A program made the translations under genes and the position numbers. From Candidatus Woesearchaeota archaeon (GTDB lineage Archaea > Nanobdellota > Nanobdellia > Woesearchaeales > SKIA01): a stretch of 64,000 nt of DNA. Each line of letters opens with the position of its first letter. Positions within the stretch are counted from its first letter, which is position 1. The notes beneath the pieces were generated by a model. That model was not told the origin of the DNA. It did no database searches and saw nothing but the letters and a program-made list of their open reading frames with translations. Positions 37,445-46,696 of the stretch are shown here, piece by piece. Location of the stretch: NCBI GenBank assembly GCA_046704725.1, contig JBJKRI010000008.1, positions 6,191-70,190 on the forward strand. Reading direction: 5' to 3'.

Positions 37445-40400
37445 AGCGCGCGGTCCTACTGGTACTGCTGCTGGCCATCCCGCTCGCCGCGGCGCAGCTG
37501 CCGACCACAGTGACTGTCAGCCCGTCGGCGAACGCGACGACGACAAGCACCCTGCAATGCCTGGTGAATGCCACCGGAGGAGGGGCGCTCACCGCGAACG
37601 TGACCTGGTACCTGAACGGCACGCTCCACGGAGCGGACGACCAGACACTCACATTGACGAGCGGCACGCAGAACGGAACCAATTCAACCGGCGATGTCAA
37701 GCCGTACGAGACAGTGAAGGGAGAGCTCTGGACGTGCCAGGCGACCGTCACGAACGGTACGGACACGAACATCACGAACAGCTCCGCGATCACCATCGAG
37801 GACAGCCCCCCGATCGTGACGTACCCCATCGTTCAGCAGAACGCGACAGAAGACCACCCGTTCGGACCGATCACCGCAACGGCGTACGATCCTGACGGCG
37901 ATCCGATAACCTGGATATCGCAAGACCAATCGAAGGGACAGTATTCGGGAACGCAACTGTTCACGATACAGTCCGACGGGACCATCAGCTTCACCGCGGA
38001 CCAGCCAGAGAACGGGAACCACAGCATGGCGCTCATCGCCACGGACGGGACCCTCTTCGGCGGTCGGGTGGTCGTCTTCGACCTGCTGCCGTTCGACGAC
38101 CCGCCGATCCTCTCAGACATCCAGAACCAGACGGCGAACGTCACCATCCCATTCAGCCTTATCGTCAACGCGTCGGATGAGGAGAACGACACCCTCGCGT
38201 ACAACATCAGCAGCGACATCCCATCGCTGAGCATCGCCCAAGTGGATAACACCCATGCGAATATCAGCTTCACTCCCACGTACGCGGAACTAGGGAACCA
38301 CACCGTGACGGTCACCGTCTACGAGACGAAGAACGAGAGCAAGAACGACACGAAGACCTTCGTGATCGATGTGTACTCGAACAACAGGCCTCCAGCCATC
38401 GACACGATACTGTACCAGAACACCAGCCAAGGCGGCGTCCTGAACCTCACAGTGAACGCCACGGACAACGACACGACAAACACGCTCAACTTCAGCGTGA
38501 TCGGGAACTGCCCGATCACGAACCCCTGGACGATCACGACACTGAGCACCAACCATTCCGACGCCATCGGACAGATCTATGTCGCGAACGTGACGAACGA
38601 CCAAGTCATCTGCCGAAACGTCACACTCATGGTCCGTGACTACGTGGGAACGACCCCGCTCACGAACGACACGCGAACGCTTGTGCTGAACATCACGAAC
38701 GTCAACGACCCGCCGACGGTCCACGAGCTCTCGGGATACGCGGGGAACACGGAATCGCAGCAGAACATGAGTAACCTGACGGCGAGCACGGGACTGCCAT
38801 TCGTCTACCACGTCAACGCCACAGACCCCGACACGCTGACCTACGAAGGAGAGGTGCTCAACTACAGCGACAACACCACGCTGTTCACGATCAACAACTC
38901 CACAGGCCTCATCAACTTCACGCCGAACCAGAGCGAGGTGGGAGACTATGCGATCAACATCACGGTGATGGACGACCAAGGACTGTGGGACAGCAGGAAC
39001 CTGACCCTGCACGTCGTGAACAATACCTTCCCGACACTGATCCCCGTACCGAACATGATGTGCCAAGAAGACGCGAACTGCAGCGTCTCGCTAGAGGCCT
39101 ACGACCCAGACCCGGGAGAGAACGAAACATTCACCGTCAGGAACGTGAACTACAGCACGAACAGCAACAGCACCGTCGACCCGACGTTCACGCTCATCAA
39201 GACCTCCTGGAACACCAGCACCGTCTGGAAGAACTTCACGAACAGCATGGTGGGCAACTACACCTACAATATCACCGTCTCGGACCATTACGGTGCGACC
39301 GACAGCCAATTATGGAACCTGACCGTGAACAACACGAACGACCCGCCCACCTATGACGAGAACTTCACGTTGCCTTCACCCATCGTGGCGATGCATCCGA
39401 TGACGCTCCTCGTGAACGCCTCGGACAAGGACTTCCTCAACGGGTTCGAGAACCTCACGCTGACCGTCCAGCTCAACGGACCGAACCCGAGCCTGCTCAA
39501 CGTGACGAAGCTGTCGAGCATGCAATGGAAGGTCGTGGCGGATCCCAGCACCGGCGATATCGGGCAGTACAACGCGTCGTTCGTTGTGACGGACATCGCG
39601 GGAGCGAACGCGACCAGGAACCTCAGCTTCACCGTCTACAACAAGAGCCGCCCACCCGTCATCCTGACAGTATATCCGTTCTGGAACTCCTCGACCAACC
39701 AGACGCAGCTCTCCTTCGCGAACGCGAGCCCGTTCTCGGGATCCACGAGCATCAACAGCAGCGAAGCGTCCACGCTCCGGCTGAACCTCACCTATATGGA
39801 TCCGGACACGGCGCTAGGGAACCTGACAGTGACATGGACAGGGGACAACAAGACGCTCAAGACCGTCGCGGGGACCTCGGACCCCGCGCTCACCCTCAAC
39901 TATGGGTATTTCGACGCGGGGACGCACATCTACAAGGTCAACGTCAGCGATAACCGTTACGAGAGCGATACCTTTCAATGGAACGTCACGGTGGCCAACG
40001 TGAACCGCGCACCCTATCTCGTGCACAACATCACCAACTTGACGATCAACCAGACGACGACCATCACGGATTACATGAACGCCTTCCTGGACCCCGATGA
40101 CGACCTCAACAGCAACGGTGTCCTCGACCCGAACGAGACCAATCACCTCACCTACACCTACTCGTCATCGCCGTACCTCAAGATATCGTTCATCTGGCCC
40201 AACACGACGCTCACGCCGCTCAAGACAGGGACAGCGCACATCGTGTACACCGCAACGGACTCTGGCGGACTGTCCGCGAAGAGCAACAACGTGACCTATA
40301 CGGTCATCATGCCGCCCCAGCAACAGCAACAGACGAGCTCATCGAGCAGCGGAGGCGGCGGCGGAGGAGGCGGGGCCAGCGTCTCGACACCCGTGCCCGT

Positions 40401-41082
40401 GCCGACCATATCAAGCCCGAACAGCATCCAGATACTCAGCCCGAGCCCCGTGACGATCTACTACAACCAGACCATCGCGGCGCCGCTTACGGTGCGCAAT
40501 CCCGGAGACACGACATTGTATGGGGTGAAACTGTCGGCCACGGCGGCCGTCAAGAACGTGACCTTCGCGTTCAGCACGGACCAGTACGCCACGCTCGCGC
40601 CGCACGAGGAGCACAACCTCACGCTCTACATCTCCAACTACCGGTCGTCAGGGACATACGAGGTGAAGGTCCTCGCCCAGGCAGACCAGCCAAAGGTGAA
40701 CGACAGCACACTCATCTACGTCAACAGCATCGAGAAAGGCAGCGAAGGGAGCGCGGTGCAGACGCGCGTGACGTTCGCCAAGGACCTGGTCGCCTCGAAC
40801 CCCGAGTGCATCGAGCTCAACACGCTGGTGAAAGAGGCGCAGCGCGCCGTGGACACGGGGCAGATACAGGAGGCGGACAAGCTGCTCAACGCGGTCATCA
40901 ACGGCTGCAGGTATCTCATCTCGACGAGCGGCGCGCGCCAGGAGACCCCCCAAGGGCTTGACCTGTCGTGGCTCGCGAACTTCCGCTACGCCAACGAAGT
41001 GCTCATCGGGCTTGTCGTGCTGCTCGGAGGGATCGCCGTGCTGCTCGTGATGCACTACCGAGAATCGACGCGAGAGGACTGA
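37441..41082 (+). CDS. Large cadherin/Ig-repeat membrane protein (1,213 aa) with C-terminal TM
   Basis: Signal peptide, repeated D.D.D...NDPP/NRPP cadherin-like linkers, SSSSSGGGGGGG linker, CARDB-like Ig domain, helical region and C-terminal TM. Confidence 0.8.
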   Translation: MKRAVLLVLLLAIPLAAAQLPTTVTVSPSANATTTSTLQCLVNATGGGALTANVTWYLNGTLHGADDQTLTLTSGTQNGTNSTGDVKPYETVKGELWTCQATVTNGTDTNITNSSAITIEDSPPIVTYPIVQQNATEDHPFGPITATAYDPDGDPITWISQDQSKGQYSGTQLFTIQSDGTISFTADQPENGNHSMALIATDGTLFGGRVVVFDLLPFDDPPILSDIQNQTANVTIPFSLIVNASDEENDTLAYNISSDIPSLSIAQVDNTHANISFTPTYAELGNHTVTVTVYETKNESKNDTKTFVIDVYSNNRPPAIDTILYQNTSQGGVLNLTVNATDNDTTNTLNFSVIGNCPITNPWTITTLSTNHSDAIGQIYVANVTNDQVICRNVTLMVRDYVGTTPLTNDTRTLVLNITNVNDPPTVHELSGYAGNTESQQNMSNLTASTGLPFVYHVNATDPDTLTYEGEVLNYSDNTTLFTINNSTGLINFTPNQSEVGDYAINITVMDDQGLWDSRNLTLHVVNNTFPTLIPVPNMMCQEDANCSVSLEAYDPDPGENETFTVRNVNYSTNSNSTVDPTFTLIKTSWNTSTVWKNFTNSMVGNYTYNITVSDHYGATDSQLWNLTVNNTNDPPTYDENFTLPSPIVAMHPMTLLVNASDKDFLNGFENLTLTVQLNGPNPSLLNVTKLSSMQWKVVADPSTGDIGQYNASFVVTDIAGANATRNLSFTVYNKSRPPVILTVYPFWNSSTNQTQLSFANASPFSGSTSINSSEASTLRLNLTYMDPDTALGNLTVTWTGDNKTLKTVAGTSDPALTLNYGYFDAGTHIYKVNVSDNRYESDTFQWNVTVANVNRAPYLVHNITNLTINQTTTITDYMNAFLDPDDDLNSNGVLDPNETNHLTYTYSSSPYLKISFIWPNTTLTPLKTGTAHIVYTATDSGGLSAKSNNVTYTVIMPPQQQQQTSSSSSGGGGGGGGASVSTPVPVPTISSPNSIQILSPSPVTIYYNQTIAAPLTVRNPGDTTLYGVKLSATAAVKNVTFAFSTDQYATLAPHEEHNLTLYISNYRSSGTYEVKVLAQADQPKVNDSTLIYVNSIEKGSEGSAVQTRVTFAKDLVASNPECIELNTLVKEAQRAVDTGQIQEADKLLNAVINGCRYLISTSGARQETPQGLDLSWLANFRYANEVLIGLVVLLGGIAVLLVMHYRESTRED

Positions 41083-41636
41083 GGCGACTGCACCTGCTTG
41101 TACAGCTCCTGCAACTCCTGCAGGTATTGCTTCTGCAGCGGAGCGCCCAGCTTCTGGAAGAGCTTGTGCGCCTTACGGTAGGCGGCACGGGCCTTCTCTA
41201 TATCCTTGCCCTTGGCCGCGGCGAAACCAGTCTGCAAGGCGTGCTCGATCGTCTCCTCCTCATAGGAGGCGAGCTCGTCGGCCAGATCGCGGAAACGACG
41301 CAGGACGTCCTTGAGCGCGTCCTGTGGGACGTCCTTGCCGCTGTACTCGAGAGCTGAAAGCTCGCCGAGCAGCTCGCGCGCGTCCTTGCGCTGCTCCTCC
41401 GAGAACGCGAGGAAATCATGGTCAATGTTCTCGAGCTCGTCGATGATCTCTTCGTAGGTGGGCTCGTATTGCTTCTCGAGCAGATCGAGGAAGAACTCCC
41501 TGACGAGCCGGTAGAACTCCTGCACATCTACGTAGGGCTTCTGCAGGTGATAATCGATCTTCTTGTGCGTGCGCTCGCGCAAGGCAGCGAGCCGAGCCTC
41601 ATGGGCGCGGCGCTTGGCCTCCTCACCTTTTTGCAT
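41055..41636 (-). CDS. Soluble helical protein resembling the cytoplasmic tail of 34952..37114 (BatD-tail/DUF4129-like)
   Basis: ATG 41636 lies 24 nt after a minus-strand TTATAAA (the ORF track starts at TTG 41654). RLVREFFLDLL...PTYEEIIDEL...LSALEY and KARAAYRKAHKLF motifs. Confidence 0.6.
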   Translation of the reverse strand: MQKGEEAKRRAHEARLAALRERTHKKIDYHLQKPYVDVQEFYRLVREFFLDLLEKQYEPTYEEIIDELENIDHDFLAFSEEQRKDARELLGELSALEYSGKDVPQDALKDVLRRFRDLADELASYEEETIEHALQTGFAAAKGKDIEKARAAYRKAHKLFQKLGAPLQKQYLQELQELYKQVQSPQSSRVDSR

Positions 41637-41659
41637 CGCTTCCCTCAGCCGCAAAGCAG

Positions 41660-41721
41660 TTTATAAGGGCTTCGCCATCGAAGGTCTTCCCTACAGAGTG
41701 AAGCCAATTCTTTATAAGGGC
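41660..41721. promoter_or_regulatory. Divergent promoter with duplicated TTTATAAGGGC (41660-41670 and 41711-41721)
   Basis: 11-nt direct repeat; each copy is about 24-25 nt from a divergent ATG (41636 minus, 41744 plus). Confidence 0.55.
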
Positions 41722-41743
41722 CGGTGCGGGGTTCGAGAGTGAG

Positions 41744-42766
41744 ATGGCAGGAGACGTGATGCTGCAGCAGAAGCCAGACCCGGGCTTCGAGAAGCTCGTC
41801 AGCCATTATCAGGAGAGATTCACCGCGCTGCGCCAGGAGATGGCGAAAGTCGTGGTGGGACAGGACGAGATCATCACCCAGCTCATGCTCGGGCTCATCG
41901 CGAACGGGCACGTCCTCGTGGAAGGCATCCCAGGGATCGCGAAGACATTGACGATCCGCGCGCTCGCTCGCGTCACGGGAGGGAACTTCTCGCGCGTCCA
42001 GTTCACTCCGGACCTCTTGCCGACAGACATCATTGGCATCACCGCCTACGAGGAAGGGCGCGGCTTCTACACGGTGAAAGGACCGGTCTTCAGCAACTTC
42101 ATCCTCGCCGACGAGATCAACAGGGCGCCGCCGAAAGTGCAAAGCGCACTGCTCGAGGCCATGCAGGAGAAGCAGGTCACCATCGGCAAGCAGACCTTCC
42201 CCCTGCCAAAGCCGTTCTTCGTCATGGCGACACAGAACCCCATCGAGAACCTCGGGACGTACCCGCTGCCCGAGGCGCAGGTGGACCGGTTCCTGCTCAA
42301 GCTCCTCATGACGTACCCCACGCCGCAAGACGAGATACGCATCATGCACCAGAACATGACGTTGCAGCGCTTCGAGGACTTTCCCATCAGGCCAGTCTTC
42401 AACCCGAACGAGATCCTCAAGGCGCAAGAGGACGTCAAACGCGTCTTCCTCGACGAGAAGATCGAGCAGTACATCGTCCGGCTCACGGACTGCACGCGAC
42501 ACCCGGACACGTACGACGTATCGCTCGGAAAGTACCTCGAGTACGGGGCGAGCCCGCGCGCGACCATCGCCTTGTTCATCAGCGCCAAAGCGCACGCGCT
42601 CATCAGCGGACGCGCGTACGTCACGCCGCACGACGTGAAGGTCGTCGCGCCCGATGTCCTCCGGCACCGTCTCCTGCTCAACTACGAGGGACAAGCAGAG
42701 GGTGTGAGCACGGACAAGGTGATTACGGAGATACTGGCGAAAGTCCCAATCGTGCCGACACAATGA
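41744..42766 (+). CDS. moxR: MoxR-family AAA+ ATPase
   Basis: GHVLVEGIPGIAKT Walker A, ILADEINRAPPKVQSALLEAMQE Walker B region, ATQNPIE..GTYPLPEAQVDRF. Confidence 0.95.
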   Translation: MAGDVMLQQKPDPGFEKLVSHYQERFTALRQEMAKVVVGQDEIITQLMLGLIANGHVLVEGIPGIAKTLTIRALARVTGGNFSRVQFTPDLLPTDIIGITAYEEGRGFYTVKGPVFSNFILADEINRAPPKVQSALLEAMQEKQVTIGKQTFPLPKPFFVMATQNPIENLGTYPLPEAQVDRFLLKLLMTYPTPQDEIRIMHQNMTLQRFEDFPIRPVFNPNEILKAQEDVKRVFLDEKIEQYIVRLTDCTRHPDTYDVSLGKYLEYGASPRATIALFISAKAHALISGRAYVTPHDVKVVAPDVLRHRLLLNYEGQAEGVSTDKVITEILAKVPIVPTQ

Positions 42767-43659
42767 TCAAGGAGTTCCATCCGTCCCTTCTGCCGCAGAT
42801 ACGGGAGCTCTCCATCAAGGCGAACAGGAAGTTCCTCGCTCGCACCTTGACAGGGAACTGGCTGTCGAGCCTCAAAGGGCGCGGCATGGAGTTCAGCGAT
42901 TACCGCGCGTACACGAGCGGGGACGACGCGAGCCTCATCGACTGGAAAGCCTCGCTTCGCGCACGAAAAATCCTCGTGAAAGAACTGACCGAGGAACGGA
43001 ACCTGAACGTGTATATCCTCCTGGATGTGTCTAACAGCATGCTCTACGGCAGCGGAGAACTGCTCAAGGCGGAGTTCGCGGCGGAGGTGGTGAGCAGCCT
43101 TTCATTCGCGGCGTTGCACGCGGGGGACGCGGTCGCGCTGGCGATGTGCGCCGACACGATGAAGCATTACCTCCGGCCGTCCATCGGCATGCGCCAGCAC
43201 AGCATCCTGCTCAACCTCATCGCGAACGGCGACAACTGGGGGGGAAAGTTCGACTTCGGAGCCGTCATGAACCAGCTCGTGAGCGTGACGCGCGGGCGAG
43301 GCGTCATCATCATCGTCTCCGACTTCCTCGGCATGGAGGACCGCTGGCGCGGATACCTCGAGAGCGCCTCGGGACGCTTCCAGATGATCGGCGTGTGCAT
43401 CAGGGACCCACGCGACCGTCGTCTTCCAAAGCACGCCGGGGAATACGTGCTCGAGGACCCGTACTCGGACGAGAAGATCGTCATAGACTGCGCCGTGTAC
43501 GCGGAGCCGTACCGACGCTACGTCGAGGACGAGGAGGAGCGCATCCGCAGCGCCTTCCGGCAGGTGCGCGGCGATGTCATCTTCCTGGAGGTCGGGACGG
43601 ATTTCGTGCGGCCATTGATGCGATTCTTCCACAAGCGGGAATTGCGGGTGGAGAACTGA
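42763..43659 (+). CDS. DUF58 family VWA-like protein
   Basis: G.GMEFSDYRAYTSGDDASLIDWKAS motif, DVSNSM MIDAS-like motif, overlap with the moxR stop. Confidence 0.9.
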   Translation: MIKEFHPSLLPQIRELSIKANRKFLARTLTGNWLSSLKGRGMEFSDYRAYTSGDDASLIDWKASLRARKILVKELTEERNLNVYILLDVSNSMLYGSGELLKAEFAAEVVSSLSFAALHAGDAVALAMCADTMKHYLRPSIGMRQHSILLNLIANGDNWGGKFDFGAVMNQLVSVTRGRGVIIIVSDFLGMEDRWRGYLESASGRFQMIGVCIRDPRDRRLPKHAGEYVLEDPYSDEKIVIDCAVYAEPYRRYVEDEEERIRSAFRQVRGDVIFLEVGTDFVRPLMRFFHKRELRVEN

Positions 43660-44621
43660 TGATCATCCTGCGATTCACGCACCCCGAGTTCCTCGTGCTC
43701 CTGGTGGCTGTGCCGCTGCTCATCATCACGCACTACCTGCTGTTCCGATTCACCAAGCGTCGCGGGATGCACTTCAGCAACTTCGAGACGTTGCGGCGCG
43801 TGACAGGGAAGAAGGTATTGACGAGGAACACCGGGCAGCTGGTGCTGCGCGTGCTCGCCATAGCCGCTATCATCCTCGCGTTGGCACAACCGAACATCCT
43901 GTACACCGGGACCGCGCAGAAGAGCGACTATGTGCTCGCCGTGGACACTTCAGGAAGCATGACCGCGAACGACCTGACGCCAAGCCGCTTCGAGGCCGCG
44001 CGCAGCGCCGCGCTCCGCTTCGTTGACGAGCTCAACGGCACGGCCAAGGTGGGCGTCATCGGCTTCTCGGGGACCGTGGAGGTCGGCCAGGTCCTGACGA
44101 GCGATATGGGGGCGGTGAAGGACGCGCTCCAGCAGATGGAGATACGCACCATCAGCGGGACGGATATCCCCGGAGCGATCATCACCGGTACGAACCTGCT
44201 GCTGGACAGCAATAAGGGACGTGTGCTGATACTGCTCACGGACGGTTCGAGCACGACGGGCGGATCGCAGGTGAATCCGGTGCAGAACGCGGTGGCCTAC
44301 GCGGAGAAACACGATGTGGTCATCCACACGATCGGTGTAGGGAAGATGGGGAGCGTGCCGACGGGCTACCTACCGAAGATCTACAACGTCACGGCCGTGT
44401 ACGACCCCACAACACTCGAGTACATCGCCAACCAGACCGGCGGAAAATACATCCCCGCGCAGAACTCCTCGGCATTGAGCGCGGCGTACGATCGGTTATT
44501 GTCCCACGGAGAGAGCACGTTGCGGGACCAGAGCCTCTCGCTCGGGAGCCTGCTCGTCGGGTTGTTGCTGCTGTTCATCGAATGGGGCCTCTCGAACACC
44601 CGCTGGCGCTTGCTGCCGTAA
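43659..44621 (+). CDS. BatA-like membrane VWA protein (320 aa)
   Basis: ATG overlaps the DUF58 stop (TGATG). F.HPEFLVLL N-terminus, LALAQP, DTSGSM MIDAS, LLTDG, C-terminal TM. Confidence 0.88.
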   Translation: MIILRFTHPEFLVLLVAVPLLIITHYLLFRFTKRRGMHFSNFETLRRVTGKKVLTRNTGQLVLRVLAIAAIILALAQPNILYTGTAQKSDYVLAVDTSGSMTANDLTPSRFEAARSAALRFVDELNGTAKVGVIGFSGTVEVGQVLTSDMGAVKDALQQMEIRTISGTDIPGAIITGTNLLLDSNKGRVLILLTDGSSTTGGSQVNPVQNAVAYAEKHDVVIHTIGVGKMGSVPTGYLPKIYNVTAVYDPTTLEYIANQTGGKYIPAQNSSALSAAYDRLLSHGESTLRDQSLSLGSLLVGLLLLFIEWGLSNTRWRLLP

Positions 44622-44652
44622 GACTGATAAGGGGGAGTTCCGCACCAGCCGC

Positions 44653-45075
44653 ATGGAGACAGTCTGGGTCATCCCTCTCGGCGTGGCGATCGCCGTGGCG
44701 TTCAGCCACACCACGAAATCCATCACGCACTACGTCCGCGAGGGAAAGTGGTCATGGCGGACGTTGCTCTGGGATACCGGCGGGATGCCGTCGAGCCACA
44801 GCGCGACAGTCACGGCGCTCGCCACCTCGGTGCTCCTCATCCAAGGGTTCTCCGTGGCCTTCTGGATCGCGCTGCTGTTCGCTCTGGTCGTCATCAGGGA
44901 CGCCTTCGGGGTGCGACGCAGCGTCTCGGACCAGGCGCACCTGCTCAACATCCTCACGAGCAGGATGAACATCGAGAAGAAGGTGAAGATCGTGCTCGGA
45001 CACACGCCATTGCAGGTCACGGCAGGCATGGCCGTCGGCGTCGGGGCGGCCTTGCTTTCGCAGCTCATCCTCTAA
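44653..45075 (+). CDS. Divergent PAP2 family protein (DUF212)
   Basis: TGGMPSSHSATV, VIRDAFGVRR and LGHTPLQV motifs. Confidence 0.9.
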   Translation: METVWVIPLGVAIAVAFSHTTKSITHYVREGKWSWRTLLWDTGGMPSSHSATVTALATSVLLIQGFSVAFWIALLFALVVIRDAFGVRRSVSDQAHLLNILTSRMNIEKKVKIVLGHTPLQVTAGMAVGVGAALLSQLIL

Positions 45076-45106
45076 GGTTTATAAGTGCGGAGGGGTTCCG
45101 AAGACT

Positions 45107-45195
45107 GCCTCCGTGGCTCAGTGGTAGAGCAGCTGCCTTGTACGTTCACGCCCAAGGAAAGCAGCAGGTCCCGCGTTCGAATCGCGGCGGGGGCT
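45107..45195 (+). tRNA. tRNA-Thr(UGU) with a 17-nt intron at 37/38 (45143..45159)
   Basis: GCCTCCG/CGGGGGC acceptor stem, GCTC/GAGC D stem, GCTGC/GCAGC anticodon stem, CT-TGT-A^A loop, TTCGAAT T loop, U discriminator, no encoded CCA. TTTATAAG box upstream. Confidence 0.88.
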
Positions 45196-45197
45196 TC

Positions 45198-45644
45198 CTA
45201 TCTCTCGGGGGAGACCCGCGGTCGCACAGTCCCGTACGGTGAGGCGGGGAACCAGACTGTGAAGTTGTTGTAGTAGTATGGGGATTCGCGGCCGTCGCGT
45301 TCGCAGACCGTGGCCTCGCTGAAGGCGAGGATGAAACCGCCCGCCGCGTATTGCTGGAAGACCCCGTCGCTTTCGGGCACCTGTGTCAGGTGATGGGTGC
45401 CGCCGCTGAAACCATAGTCGCGCCAGCCCCATTCGTTATCGATACCGAACGGGTCCTGTGCCATTGGCTTGACGTAGCAGTATGTCGGGACGTTCGTCCA
45501 GGCCTCCAAGGCGATCTGCTGGCCCTGCACGATGGGCATGACGCTCTGGATACGCGGCCGGTGATGCGGGCCCTCGATGTCATAACAGCCCGCAAGGAGC
45601 GCCGCTAGCCCTGCCGCAGCCCCGACGCGCGCCGTCCACCCCAT
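45198..45644 (-). CDS. Hypothetical lipoprotein
   Basis: Signal peptide ending in an LLAGC lipobox; no recognisable domain. Confidence 0.55.
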   Translation of the reverse strand: MGWTARVGAAAGLAALLAGCYDIEGPHHRPRIQSVMPIVQGQQIALEAWTNVPTYCYVKPMAQDPFGIDNEWGWRDYGFSGGTHHLTQVPESDGVFQQYAAGGFILAFSEATVCERDGRESPYYYNNFTVWFPASPYGTVRPRVSPER

Positions 45645-46621
45645 GCAGGGAGCATGCTTTCTTGGCTTTTATGGCTTTGCTCGAATGCCATGAGACAATG
45701 CAGGAGAGCGTTCGTCTCGGCCTTGTTCGGACGACGGTAATCCCCGTTCCTCAGGTCGGGACGATGGACGATCGTCTCCTCGCGGATGCGCTTGAGCACA
45801 CGTCGCCAGCCCACGTCCACGACAGGTATCGGCGTGTTGAACGTCCGCACGCCGTACGCGCGCCTCGCCGCGAGCTCGGCGATACGGAGCACGAAGACGT
45901 CAGCGTGGGTGAGCGCGACGAGCAGTTCCGTGGTCCTTGATGTTCTGGGCGGGTCGGGCCTGACATATCCGTTGTTGTCCACGAGTACGTACTGCTTGCG
46001 ATGCAGCCACGGCGGAGAACCCGAATCGTACGAGAACACATCGCCTCTATCCACCGCTGCCTCGATTGTCGCCGCAAAGCCACCCAAGGATGCTGATGGG
46101 ATGTTCTTCGCGATGATAGTGATATTTCCCCTGTGGGGCTTGAAGACGTCCAGGACGATGCCATCGGGTCCGGTGAAGCGATTCTTGTCCTTGGACTGCT
46201 CCTGGACCGCTCGTTTCAGCCAGCCCATGTCACGGGCCTCGGCGTCGATCACGTCGCTCGTATTGTAGAAATAGCGTTTCGCCCGTGAACCGATGATCGC
46301 GCCGACATAGCTGGCAGGAACCTCTCTTCCGCCGTCGTGGAGCGTGAGGCGAAGATGCTCCAATGGGGATTGCCGTTTGTCCCGGATGCGGCCGCCGGTG
46401 ATCGCGCTGCGGAAGATCCCCCGGTCAACGCCCGGGTACCTGCCTGAAGGATGGGCGAAGCGATACGGTATCGCGTGCAATCCATGCGAGAAATACGTGG
46501 CGACCTTCACGGCGAGTCCTTCCGCGTCGTCTGGAAACCCCTCGAACATGCCTTCTCGCTCGAGCTGCTCTTTTCGCTCGCGCATGCTGTCGATCAGGTA
46601 TTTCGGCGCTTCGCGTCCCAT
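45605..46621 (-). CDS. Hypothetical protein (338 aa)
   Basis: Longest ORF in the interval with plausible composition; no motif recognised. Confidence 0.55.
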   Translation of the reverse strand: MGREAPKYLIDSMRERKEQLEREGMFEGFPDDAEGLAVKVATYFSHGLHAIPYRFAHPSGRYPGVDRGIFRSAITGGRIRDKRQSPLEHLRLTLHDGGREVPASYVGAIIGSRAKRYFYNTSDVIDAEARDMGWLKRAVQEQSKDKNRFTGPDGIVLDVFKPHRGNITIIAKNIPSASLGGFAATIEAAVDRGDVFSYDSGSPPWLHRKQYVLVDNNGYVRPDPPRTSRTTELLVALTHADVFVLRIAELAARRAYGVRTFNTPIPVVDVGWRRVLKRIREETIVHRPDLRNGDYRRPNKAETNALLHCLMAFEQSHKSQESMLPAWGGRRASGLRQG

Positions 46622-46696
46622 GCGAGCGGGAATACGCCTGGCTTCTTAGTCCTATCGCGCGCAACATATTTAAACGGCGCTCTGCGGGGCAAGAGC

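Noticed and set aside
43146-43658. N-terminal extension of the VWA protein (and similar extensions at 34826, 32017, 46451, 54142, 55917)
   Set aside because: These are Arg/Pro-rich alternative-frame overlaps of neighbouring genes; internal starts have SD or TATA support and match family N-termini.
45137-45160. Alternative splicing of the 45107 tRNA to give a Ser anticodon (GGA/UGA)
   Set aside because: It has a short variable loop, and the G1-C72/C2-G71 pairs and U73 fit Thr rather than Ser.
45107-46696. Integrated virus or plasmid at tRNA-Thr
   Set aside because: No integrase, no duplicated tRNA 3' end (att site) and no viral hallmark gene was seen.
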